Shown here: in pieces, positions 27,795-36,046 of the stretch | How the letters are laid out: every line of letters begins with the position of its first letter | How positions within the stretch are numbered: position 1 is the first letter of the stretch | Assembly (NCBI GenBank): GCA_964490075.1 | Contig: CAZBBK010000043.1 | Span: forward strand, 1 to 47,809 | Origin: an uncultured Gemmatimonadota bacterium | GTDB lineage: Bacteria > GCA-2686955 | Length of the DNA stretch: 47,809 nt | Direction: 5' to 3' | Notes under the pieces: model-generated | Database searches by the model: none | What the model saw: the letters and a program-made list of their open reading frames with translations, nothing else | What the model was told of the DNA's origin: nothing | Program-made: the position numbers and the translations under genes

Positions 27795-28950
27795 GGGCGT
27801 CTCCCCCTCTCGAGAGCAGCTCGAGGATCAGCTCGGCGGTGCGCTCCGCCGCGCCCGGCTCACCGAGGCGCGCGCGCACCCGTGACAGATCGCGGATCAT
27901 GCGCATCCGCTCGTCGCCGTCGTCGAGCAAGCGCCCCAGCGCCTGGGCCATACGCGCCGGGGTGGCGTCGCGCTGCAGCAGCTCGGGCGTGACGGTCTCG
28001 CCGGCGATGATGTTGGCGAGGCCGAGGTGGTCCAGGTGCACCAACGCCTTGCCGATCGCCCAGGTGGCGGGCGCGACGCGGTAGACCAGGATGTGCGGGA
28101 GGCCGGCGAGTGTCGCCTGCAGGGTGGCGGTGCCCGAGGCGATGAGGGCAGCGTGGGCGTGGGCCAGCACGGCGTCGGCATGGCCCTCGAGCACGGCGAC
28201 CGGCGCGGCGCAGCGGGCGACGGCGAGGGCGATCGGCGCCGGATCGAGGCCGGCGGCGCGGGGGATGATGAAGCGCAGGTCGGGGCGCGTGGAGTGCAGG
28301 CGCTCGGCGGTCCCCAGCAGAGGCGGCAGCAGGCGACGGATCTCCTGGCCGCGGCTGCCCGGCAGCAGCCCGATCAGCCGCTCGCCCTCTCCGGCACAGC
28401 ACAGGCGGCGCAGCTCGGCGAGCGAGATCGGATGAGCGCTTTCGTCCAGCAGCGGATGGCCGACCCAATGGGCGTCGACTCCCGACGCACGCCACAGCGC
28501 CTCTTCGAAGTCGAAGATCAGGGCCAGGCGATCGATGCTGCGCCGCACGCCGCGAATCCTGCCTTTGCCCCAGGCCCAGACGGTCGGCGCGATGTAGTGC
28601 AGGGTGGGCACGCGGGCTCTGCGGGCGTGCCGCGCCAGGCGCAGGTTGAAGCCCGGATAGTCGACCGTGACGCAGAGGTCGATGCCGCCGCCGCGCAGCT
28701 CCGCCCTCAGGCGCCGCATCACGCGTCGCAGCTCCGGCAGATGACGCAACACTTCGAAGAGACCGACCACCGCGAGCTGCTCGGCGCGAAAGATCGGCTC
28801 GACGCCGGCCTCGACCATGCGCCGCCCGGCCACGCCGACGAAACGCGCGCCGGGCAGTCGCCCACGCAGCGCCCTCACCACGCGCGCGGCATGCTCATCC
28901 CCGGAGACCTCGCCGGCGCAGATCATGATGGTCGGAGCGTCAGAGCCCAT
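27787..28950 (-). CDS. lpxB: Lipid-A-disaccharide synthase
   Basis: AGEVSGD, DYPGFN, PTVWAW, VGHPL, LLPGSR..EI, SGTATL, LANII. Confidence 0.95.
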   Translation of the reverse strand: MGSDAPTIMICAGEVSGDEHAARVVRALRGRLPGARFVGVAGRRMVEAGVEPIFRAEQLAVVGLFEVLRHLPELRRVMRRLRAELRGGGIDLCVTVDYPGFNLRLARHARRARVPTLHYIAPTVWAWGKGRIRGVRRSIDRLALIFDFEEALWRASGVDAHWVGHPLLDESAHPISLAELRRLCCAGEGERLIGLLPGSRGQEIRRLLPPLLGTAERLHSTRPDLRFIIPRAAGLDPAPIALAVARCAAPVAVLEGHADAVLAHAHAALIASGTATLQATLAGLPHILVYRVAPATWAIGKALVHLDHLGLANIIAGETVTPELLQRDATPARMAQALGRLLDDGDERMRMIRDLSRVRARLGEPGAAERTAELILELLSRGGDARA

Positions 28951-28990
28951 GGGGAGCGCAGGTTAGCACGGGGGGCGCTAGACTCCTCCC

Positions 28991-29344
28991 ATGCCTTCGA
29001 TGCTCCTCTTGCTGGTCGCCGACCCCGAACGCGATGCCGAGCGCTGCGAAGCCGGCCTGCTGCTGGCGCTGAACAGCCGGCGCACCGACATGCTGGACGA
29101 GGTGCGGGTGCTGCTCTTCGGTCGCGGGGTGCGGGTCCTCGATGCCGAGACGGACGAGCGGGGGCGATTCTCCGAGCTGCTGGAGCGGCTGGCCGAGTGC
29201 GAGGTAGAAGTGGTGGCCTGCACCGGCAGTCTGCTGGAGCAGGGGCTCGGCGGAGCGGCGCGCGATGCCGGGGTCGCCGCGGCGGGGGCGCAGGTCTACG
29301 TGGCGGGGCGGATCGCCGAGGGGTTCTCGGTGGTGACCTTCTGA
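28991..29344 (+). CDS. DsrE/DsrF-like family protein
   Basis: 117 aa; VRVLLFGRGV and VEVVAC motifs; ends EGFSVVTF. Confidence 0.7.
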   Translation: MPSMLLLLVADPERDAERCEAGLLLALNSRRTDMLDEVRVLLFGRGVRVLDAETDERGRFSELLERLAECEVEVVACTGSLLEQGLGGAARDAGVAAAGAQVYVAGRIAEGFSVVTF

Positions 29345-29353
29345 CGCGGCCCT

Positions 29354-30070
29354 TCAGACCCCGCTGGTGCCCTCGTCCGAAGCCTCGAGCAGGCGCTCCA
29401 TGTCGTCGACCAGCCCCTTGATCGACAGCGGTTTGCCGCGAATCACGTCGACGTCGAGGGTGTCGTTGGCCTCGAAGATGTCGGTGTAGCCGGTGAGGGC
29501 GATGATCGGCATGTCGGCGTCGACCATGCGCACCTTCTCGATCAGGTCGATGCCGCTCACCCGGGGCATGACCAGGTCGGTGATCAGCAGGTCGACCTCC
29601 TCCTGCTGGAGCAGCTCGATCGCCGAGTCGGCATCGGCGGCCTCCAGGAGACGGTGAGGCGTCAGGTCGCCAAGGGCCTGCAGCAGGGTCCGGCGCACGT
29701 TCTTGTCGTCGTCGACGATCAGGATGTTGCGCTGCTCACCCTCGCGCCGCGCCTCCTCGCGCAGCGCCCGCTCGGCCTTGAAGTCGACGAACTCCTCGAG
29801 CTCGCGGCGGGCGCGCGGATCGAGGCCGGAGATCTTCTGGATCAGGATCTCGGTCTGAAAATCCTCGGCCAGGCGGCGAGTGCCGAAGAACTCGTCGTAG
29901 GAGAGACCCAGGGCGCGCACCAGGGCCGGGATCAGGTCCAGGTCGAGGACCCGCTCGCCCAGCTCGAGGGCCTCGACCTCGCCGGGGGCCAGCTCCAGGA
30001 GGCGTCCCAGCTGCTCGGCGGAAAGGCCGGCGCGTTCGCGGAAGTACTTGATGCGTTCGGCGGCGTCCAT
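29354..30070 (-). CDS. Regulator with N-terminal XRE helix-turn-helix and C-terminal receiver domain
   Basis: RIKYFRERAGLS...LELGER; ILIVDDD, DLLITDLVMP, LTGY, KP. Confidence 0.88.
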   Translation of the reverse strand: MDAAERIKYFRERAGLSAEQLGRLLELAPGEVEALELGERVLDLDLIPALVRALGLSYDEFFGTRRLAEDFQTEILIQKISGLDPRARRELEEFVDFKAERALREEARREGEQRNILIVDDDKNVRRTLLQALGDLTPHRLLEAADADSAIELLQQEEVDLLITDLVMPRVSGIDLIEKVRMVDADMPIIALTGYTDIFEANDTLDVDVIRGKPLSIKGLVDDMERLLEASDEGTSGV

Positions 30071-30132
30071 GTGGTCTATATCGGCCGACTGGCGGCGGAC
30101 TGCACGCCCCGCGGGGGAATGCCAGAGGAGAA

Positions 30133-30723
30133 TCAGGAGGAGCTCGTTTTGCGGCTGATCCAGATCGTGTCGGCCTCGGCGAAACGGCGCGGGGCGGCGC
30201 GGTCGGCGGCGCTGGCGAAGCTGACGCCGACCCGGGGGCCGGCCAGCAGCTCAGCTGCCGGCCGGGTGGGGCGGTGCAGCTCCATGCCGCCGGGGCGGCA
30301 GGCGTCGTGGTGGCTCCAGCCGGTGTCGAGACCGAGCGCGGCGCCGACCCGGCCGGGGCCGGCGAGCAGCTCGACGCCACGGCGCCCGCCGCGACGGCGC
30401 CGCACTATCTCGAGCCCGGCGAGCGGTTCGCAGGCGCGGATCAGCACCGCGCCCGCCTCGCCCGCCGGCCCGGTCACCAGGTTGAGCATCTGGTGGATGC
30501 CGTAGCAGAGGTAGACGTAGACCCGCCCCGGCGGCCCCCACATCACGGCGTTGCGCTCGGTGCGGCCGGCGCGCGCGTGGCTGGCCGAATCGTCGGGGCC
30601 GCCGTAGGCCTCGGTCTCGGTGATCCGCAGCACGACCGCGCCGAGCCGGATCTCGGCGCCGATCAGCTCGCGCGCGACCGCCTCGACCTCGCGCTCGAAG
30701 AAAGGCGCCGCCAACAACGCCAT
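30133..30723 (-). CDS. mpg: DNA-3-methyladenine glycosylase (AAG/MPG family)
   Basis: RITETEAY, DSASHA, YVYLCYGIH, AVLIRA.EP, GPG, PRVGV. Confidence 0.93.
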   Translation of the reverse strand: MALLAAPFFEREVEAVARELIGAEIRLGAVVLRITETEAYGGPDDSASHARAGRTERNAVMWGPPGRVYVYLCYGIHQMLNLVTGPAGEAGAVLIRACEPLAGLEIVRRRRGGRRGVELLAGPGRVGAALGLDTGWSHHDACRPGGMELHRPTRPAAELLAGPRVGVSFASAADRAAPRRFAEADTIWISRKTSSS

Positions 30724-30728
30724 CGTGG

Positions 30729-31676
30729 CTAGGGCGTCTCGCCGGTCGCCAGGTAGCGATAGAAATCGCCTTCGCTGGAGAGCAGCGCCACCGTGTTCTG
30801 GTCCAGCACCTGCTGGTAGGCCTCCATGGTCTTCATGAAGGCGTAGAACTTGCGGGTCTCGGGGCTGCGGTCATAGGAGGCTGCGTAAATCTCTGTCGCT
30901 TCCGCGTCGGCCTTGCCCTTGATCTCCTCGGCCTGGCGCTGGGCGTTGGAACGGATCTTCGCCAGCTCCCGCGCCTTGTCACCGCGAATCCGCGATGCCT
31001 CGCCCTGGCCTTCGGAGCGGAATCGGTCGGCGATCCTGGTGCGCTCGGCGACCATTCGGTCGTAGACTTTGAGCTTGACCTCGTCGACGTAGGTGATGCG
31101 CTTGAACTGCAGATCGAGGACCTCGATGCCGAGGTCCTTGGTGCGCGCCGCGGCCGCGACCAGCACCTCTTTGCGGATCTTCTCGCGACCGATCTCGATC
31201 TGCGGAAAGACGATCGTCTCGCCCTCGTCGAGCTCGTCGGCGCGCACCGGAACGCGATTGGTGTTGCGCACCAGCTCGACCAGGTCGTGCGAGGCGATGG
31301 CGTTGCGGGTCTCGCCGTCGAGGATGTCGTCGAGGCGGCTCTGCGCGCCCCATTCGTCGCGCACGCGCTGGAAGTAGAGCAGCGGATCGTAGATCCGCCA
31401 GCGCGCGTAGGTGTCGACCCAGATGAAGCGCTTGTCTTTGGTGGGGAGCTGGTTCGCAGAGCCATCCCATTCGATGAAACGCTTCTCGAAATCGTGCACC
31501 TTCTGAATCAGGGGCAGCTTGATATGTAACCCGGGGTCGGTGATCGGCTCCCCCACGGGCTTGCCGAACTGGGTGATGATCACCTGATCCGTTTCGTCGA
31601 CCACGTAGAGGGTCGAGCCCAGGACGATGAGCAACAGAAAGGCCAGGATCGCGAGTGGAGCTACTGCCTTGTTCAT
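30729..31676 (-). CDS. hflC: FtsH protease modulator HflC
   Basis: TM plus SPFH domain; TQFGKP, TKDKR, RMVAER..IA..FRSEG, FYAF.KTMEAY. Confidence 0.95.
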   Translation of the reverse strand: MNKAVAPLAILAFLLLIVLGSTLYVVDETDQVIITQFGKPVGEPITDPGLHIKLPLIQKVHDFEKRFIEWDGSANQLPTKDKRFIWVDTYARWRIYDPLLYFQRVRDEWGAQSRLDDILDGETRNAIASHDLVELVRNTNRVPVRADELDEGETIVFPQIEIGREKIRKEVLVAAAARTKDLGIEVLDLQFKRITYVDEVKLKVYDRMVAERTRIADRFRSEGQGEASRIRGDKARELAKIRSNAQRQAEEIKGKADAEATEIYAASYDRSPETRKFYAFMKTMEAYQQVLDQNTVALLSSEGDFYRYLATGETP

Positions 31677-31678
31677 CG

Positions 31679-32677
31679 CTACCTCCCCTCCGCCGCGTTG
31701 GCGGCGAGATTGAGCAGGGGCAGCACCCCGTCCATGTCCGGATCGAGCAACACTTTCTTGCCGACGTTGGGCAGCGCCGCCTCGAGGGTTTCGAGGTAGA
31801 TGCGCTTGCGCGTCACCTCCGGCGCCTTGGCGTAGGCCTCGAAAATGCTGCTGAAACGATTGGCCTGCCCCTTGGCGCCATTGACTCGCTCGAGCTGATA
31901 GGCGAGTGCCTCGCTGATGATCTGGTCCGCTTCACCCCTGGCTCGCGGAATCACCCGGTTGTACTCGGCGCGTGCCTCGTTGATCAGCTTCTCCTTCTCT
32001 TGCTGCGCCTCGTTCACCGCGTTGAACGACGCCTTGACACGCTCGGGTGGGTTGACGTCCTGCAACACAACCTGGTCGATGCTGATGCCCATTTCGTACT
32101 GCTCGGTGAGCGCTTGCAGGCGCGATTTGACCGCATCCGAGATCGCGATGCGGCCGACCGTCAGCACCTCGTTGATGGTGCGGTCGCCGACCACTTCGCG
32201 CATCACCGCCTCGTTCATGTCGCGCAAGGTCTCACGCTGGTTGCGGACCCGGAACAGGAAGCGATAGGGGTCGGTGATCCGATACTGCACGATCCACTCG
32301 ACCGAGGCGATGTTGAGGTCGCCGGTCAGCATCAGGGCTTCGTCCTCGAAGCCGCGGCTGACGAAGGTGCTCTGCACGCCGGCGCTCTGGGTGCGGAAGC
32401 CGAACTCCTCCTTGAGCTGGCGCTGAATCGGCACCTTGTCGAGCACCTCGATGCCGAAGGGGATGCGGACGTGGAGGCCGGGCTCGGAGACGCCGGTGAA
32501 CTTGCCGAAGCGGCGGATCACGCCGATCTCTTCGGGGCCGATGGTGTAGACGCTGCTGACGATGCCGATGAACACCAGGCCCAGTGCGAGCAGCATCGCC
32601 GCGAGACGGCGTTGCGCGGGGGAGGGGCCGCGGGCCTGGTTCAGCAGCTCGCTGAAATCCAACTCGTCGGAAGACAT
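31679..32677 (-). CDS. hflK: FtsH protease modulator HflK
   Basis: MLTGDLNI, QYRI.DP, LQDVNPP, IPRARGEA, APEVTRKRIYLET. Confidence 0.95.
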   Translation of the reverse strand: MSSDELDFSELLNQARGPSPAQRRLAAMLLALGLVFIGIVSSVYTIGPEEIGVIRRFGKFTGVSEPGLHVRIPFGIEVLDKVPIQRQLKEEFGFRTQSAGVQSTFVSRGFEDEALMLTGDLNIASVEWIVQYRITDPYRFLFRVRNQRETLRDMNEAVMREVVGDRTINEVLTVGRIAISDAVKSRLQALTEQYEMGISIDQVVLQDVNPPERVKASFNAVNEAQQEKEKLINEARAEYNRVIPRARGEADQIISEALAYQLERVNGAKGQANRFSSIFEAYAKAPEVTRKRIYLETLEAALPNVGKKVLLDPDMDGVLPLLNLAANAAEGR

Positions 32678-32785
32678 GAAGACACGCTCCGAATCATGAA
32701 GGGCCGTGGTGCGGCGGCGGGGCCGCGCACCGGCGGATGTTTTGCCTGTCGCCGCCAGGACAGCTCGGGGCGGCGCAGCGCAACC

Positions 32786-33310
32786 CTACACGTTTCGCCC
32801 GCGTTTTGGGTCGGTGGGGATTTGGGCCAGCAGGCGCACCAGGGCGGTGGGGACGCCGCGCTCGCCCAGCGCCGCGCGCGACAGCCGCTCCCAGCCTCGC
32901 GGCAGCGGCAGGGGGAGCGCGGCGCGGGTCGCGCGCAGCTCGATCCGACGGTGGGTCAGCGTGTGCACGATCTCCGCCGCGACGACACCCTGGTCCGTCC
33001 CGAGCAGGTCGACACCGCGCTCCGCGAACGCGCCGGCGAGGTCGTCCCGGCCGCCCTCGCCGCGCTCGGCCAGCGGCACCATCCACAGCCCGCCCCAGAT
33101 CCCCGCCGCGGGGCGCCGCTCCAGGACCAATCCCTCGCCGCTCTCGTCCCAGAGGGCGAGGTAGCGCAAGCGGCGCAACGGCCGGCTGCGGGTGGAGCGC
33201 GGCGGGCGCTCCGCCACGGTTCCGGCGACGCGGGCCCGGCACCATCGGCGCACCGGGCAGGCATCGCAGTCGGGGGCGGCGGGGGCGGTGCAGCGGAGCG
33301 CGCCGAGATC
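32786..33310 (-). pseudogene. mutY: C-terminal fragment of adenine glycosylase MutY (Fe-S loop plus NUDIX-like domain)
   Basis: In-frame DLGALRCTAPAAPDCDACPVRRWC, RRP..GIWGGLW..P, H.LTH; in-frame TGA nine codons upstream and the catalytic HhH-GPD domain absent. Confidence 0.8.
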
Positions 33311-33362
33311 GCGCCGGCGAGGCGCCCCGCCGCGTCACGCCGGCGGAGCGCTCGCGCAGTGA

Positions 33363-34652
33363 TCAGTCCGTCACGACGTCGACGTCGAAATCGTCGCTGT
33401 CGATGAGCGTGCCGTCGTCGTAGATCGCTACCTCGACGTTGTAGGCGCCGAGCGGAGCACTCCCGGGAACGTTGAGGCTCACATCGGTCCCGAGGCTGGA
33501 GCCGCCCGGTACGACGATGTCGGCACCGGAGTAGAGCGGCACAGTCTTGAGCGCGGGCCCGGTGATGATCATGTCGGCCTGGTCGAAGGCCGCGTCGTCG
33601 GCACCGGTATTGACGGCGTCGGCGCGGAAGGTGAGCACACCACCGAGCGGCACCTCGCCGGGAGTATTGGAGAGCTGCACTTCGAGCCCGCCGACGAAGG
33701 CACCGCCGGTCCACGTCATGGTCTCGTGCGCGTTCCCGGCGATCACGGGGGCGCCCGCGAGCACGCTCAAGGCGCCGCCGGCGGCGGCGTAGGCCTCGAA
33801 GGTCGTGTTGCCCCAGTCCTTGTAGTAGATGAGCCCCGCCGGATCCACCGCGTTCGAAGCGTGCACGGATGCCGGCGTGACGCCCGTTGCCGTGGCGGCG
33901 CAAGTGGCCACGTCGTACTCCATGATCGGACCGGACCACTCCTTCGTGAAGAAGCTGCCCCCCCAGTACGCCCCCACGCGGCTGTTCTCGCCGACCGAGC
34001 CACCCACACTGCAGGTGACGGGGAAGCTGACGGTGGACGGGTCGAATCCGAAGAAGCCGAGCTCACCATAGGTTCGCACGTAGACGATCCCAGTGGCGCG
34101 GTTCACGGACGAGCCGCAGGAGATCGACGTGGGTGCGGCGGTAGAGAACCAGCCGGAGCCGTTGTTGTAGTACAGAGTGGTTCCGCCGTCCTTGGCCCAC
34201 ACCCAGCTTCCGCCGTGCACGGAGAACACGGCGATGTTGTTGCGTCCGACCGACGCCGCGGGGCCGTCCATGACGTAGCTCCACGAATTCCCCGTGGCGT
34301 CGTAGGCGTAGATCTTGCCATCCTCGAGGAGTGCGTGAACGACGCCGGCTTCGTCCGTGGCGATCTGGGTGGTGTTGCTACCCGGCATCGATGCGCGCTG
34401 CGTCCAGATGTCGGTGGCGCAGTCGTACTCCCAGAACTCGGTGGGGTTGGTGTAGCTATTGCTGTCGCTGAGGTAGACCTTCCCGGTCGCGAGGGCGTGG
34501 GGACCTTCCGACCCGGCATGACTGGCCACCTCGGGAGCCAAGCGCCGCGCTCCCTCGCTGGTTGCGGCCAGGGCCTGCGTCGAGACGAGGAAGCAGGCGG
34601 CGGCCAGGAGATTTGCGCCGCATGCGAACGACCTGATGTGCTGATGGGACAT
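33363..34652 (-). CDS. Secreted beta-propeller (Kelch-like) protein with the shared C-terminal ~105-aa domain
   Basis: Signal peptide (...TQALA); repeated YD..T..W blades; C-terminal LEVQLS...VPGSAPLGAYNVEV...DDFDVDV. Confidence 0.8.
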   Translation of the reverse strand: MSHQHIRSFACGANLLAAACFLVSTQALAATSEGARRLAPEVASHAGSEGPHALATGKVYLSDSNSYTNPTEFWEYDCATDIWTQRASMPGSNTTQIATDEAGVVHALLEDGKIYAYDATGNSWSYVMDGPAASVGRNNIAVFSVHGGSWVWAKDGGTTLYYNNGSGWFSTAAPTSISCGSSVNRATGIVYVRTYGELGFFGFDPSTVSFPVTCSVGGSVGENSRVGAYWGGSFFTKEWSGPIMEYDVATCAATATGVTPASVHASNAVDPAGLIYYKDWGNTTFEAYAAAGGALSVLAGAPVIAGNAHETMTWTGGAFVGGLEVQLSNTPGEVPLGGVLTFRADAVNTGADDAAFDQADMIITGPALKTVPLYSGADIVVPGGSSLGTDVSLNVPGSAPLGAYNVEVAIYDDGTLIDSDDFDVDVVTD

Positions 34653-35097
34653 GTTCCGTGGGTCCTTCCTTGTTGGTTCAGGAGCGCGGGATCGGTCCCG
34701 CTCGAGCGAGCCGGATCGAAGGGACTGACCAGCGTGCCGCAGCCTCTCGCCGCGCATGGACCGCCGACGTCTCGGCCAAACCAAGAGGTGCCGTGCGCCA
34801 GGCCCCCCGCGCACCATGCGAAGAGTCTAGCCCCGTCAGGGTTTCTGGGCAATGTCCAGTAAGTCTCGCGGCCCGAAGGCCGCGGAGACGCACCTCGCGG
34901 CCGAATCCCGTCTGCGCTCTCCGCGCCCGGATCTCCTTCGGACCGTCGAAACGACCGAGTATGAGTGCTGGCACCCGGTAGATGTGCGCTCGCAGGAAAG
35001 GCCGGCGTGCCCTTCCGGGCGAGACTAGACTGGCGATCGAGACGCTCATGCGCTCGTTCCCGGATGAATCCCGGCGAGATGCCGGTGAAAGGACCCC

Positions 35098-36006
35098 ATG
35101 CCAACCCGATCCCGCGCCTTCGCGACTCTGGCTGCCGCGGCCAGCGCCTTCTCCCTGTCCCTCCCCCACTCCGCCCTCGCCAGGTCGAACGGACCGCCCG
35201 CCGAACGCACGGGCGCCCCCGGAGAGCCGACCTGCATCGACGGCTGCCACACCGGCACTCCGCTCAACGGCGGCGGGGGCTCTGTGTCGCTGATCGGCGC
35301 CCCCGCCACCTACACTCCCGGCGCCGACTACACCTTCTGGGTGGAGCTCGCCGAGGCCGGCATGTCGCGCTGGGGCTTCCAGTTGACGTCGCTCGACGAC
35401 GGCCACGCGGCGGCCGGGGCTCTGCAGCCAGGCACCCCCGACTCCACGAAGGTGGTGACGGGCGGCGGCAAGGAGTATGTCGAGCACAACTCCACCGGCA
35501 CCTGGCGCGGGACCGCGGATGGGCCGGTGACCTGGCGCGTCGAGTGGACGGCGCCGGCCGCGGGCGCCGGCGAGGTCACCTTCTGGTTCACCGGCAACGC
35601 CGCCAACAACAACGGGTCGCGCACCGGCGATCACATCTACGCCGCCTCTTTCACCTCCACCGAGGACGGCGCGGCTCCGGTGCTCGACCTGGTGCTGAGC
35701 GACATTCCGCTGAGCGTTCCGGCCGGCGGAAACCTGGTCTTGAGCGCGACGGTGACCAACACCACGGCCTCCCTGGAGACCTTCGACGCCGCCGATCTCG
35801 ACGCCTCGGGTCCGGTGCCGCCGACCACGCTGCCGCTCTACGGCGGTCCGCCGGTGCCGGTGGCACCCGGCTCGCCGCTGAGCACGCCGGTCTCGGTGGC
35901 GGTGCCCGGGATCGCCCCGGCCGGGAGCTACCTGGTCGACATTTCGATCTCGTCGGGCGGGTCGGTGATCGACACCGAGTCGTTCAACGTCGACGTGACC
36001 AGCTGA
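35098..36006 (+). CDS. Secreted choice-of-anchor V/Reeler-like protein with a CX3CH motif and the shared C-terminal domain
   Basis: Signal peptide; TGAPGEPTCIDGCH, WGFQLT, WTAP...GNAANNNG...GDHIY; C-terminal LDLVLS...VPGIAPAGSY...FNVDV. Confidence 0.82.
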   Translation: MPTRSRAFATLAAAASAFSLSLPHSALARSNGPPAERTGAPGEPTCIDGCHTGTPLNGGGGSVSLIGAPATYTPGADYTFWVELAEAGMSRWGFQLTSLDDGHAAAGALQPGTPDSTKVVTGGGKEYVEHNSTGTWRGTADGPVTWRVEWTAPAAGAGEVTFWFTGNAANNNGSRTGDHIYAASFTSTEDGAAPVLDLVLSDIPLSVPAGGNLVLSATVTNTTASLETFDAADLDASGPVPPTTLPLYGGPPVPVAPGSPLSTPVSVAVPGIAPAGSYLVDISISSGGSVIDTESFNVDVTS

Positions 36007-36046
36007 CCGGCGCGGGGGGCTGGCCTGGCCGGGGAGCGGGCGTCGC

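Noticed and set aside
34863-34895. Hairpin GTCTCGCGGCC-CGAA-GGCCGCGGAGAC followed by GCA, as a possible c-di-GMP-I riboswitch
   Set aside because: Lacks the GGCAAA and GCAAAR consensus and a convincing P1/P3; only an Infernal search could rescue it
34969-34984. TGGCAC as a second sigma-54 promoter
   Set aside because: No TTGC at the -12 position
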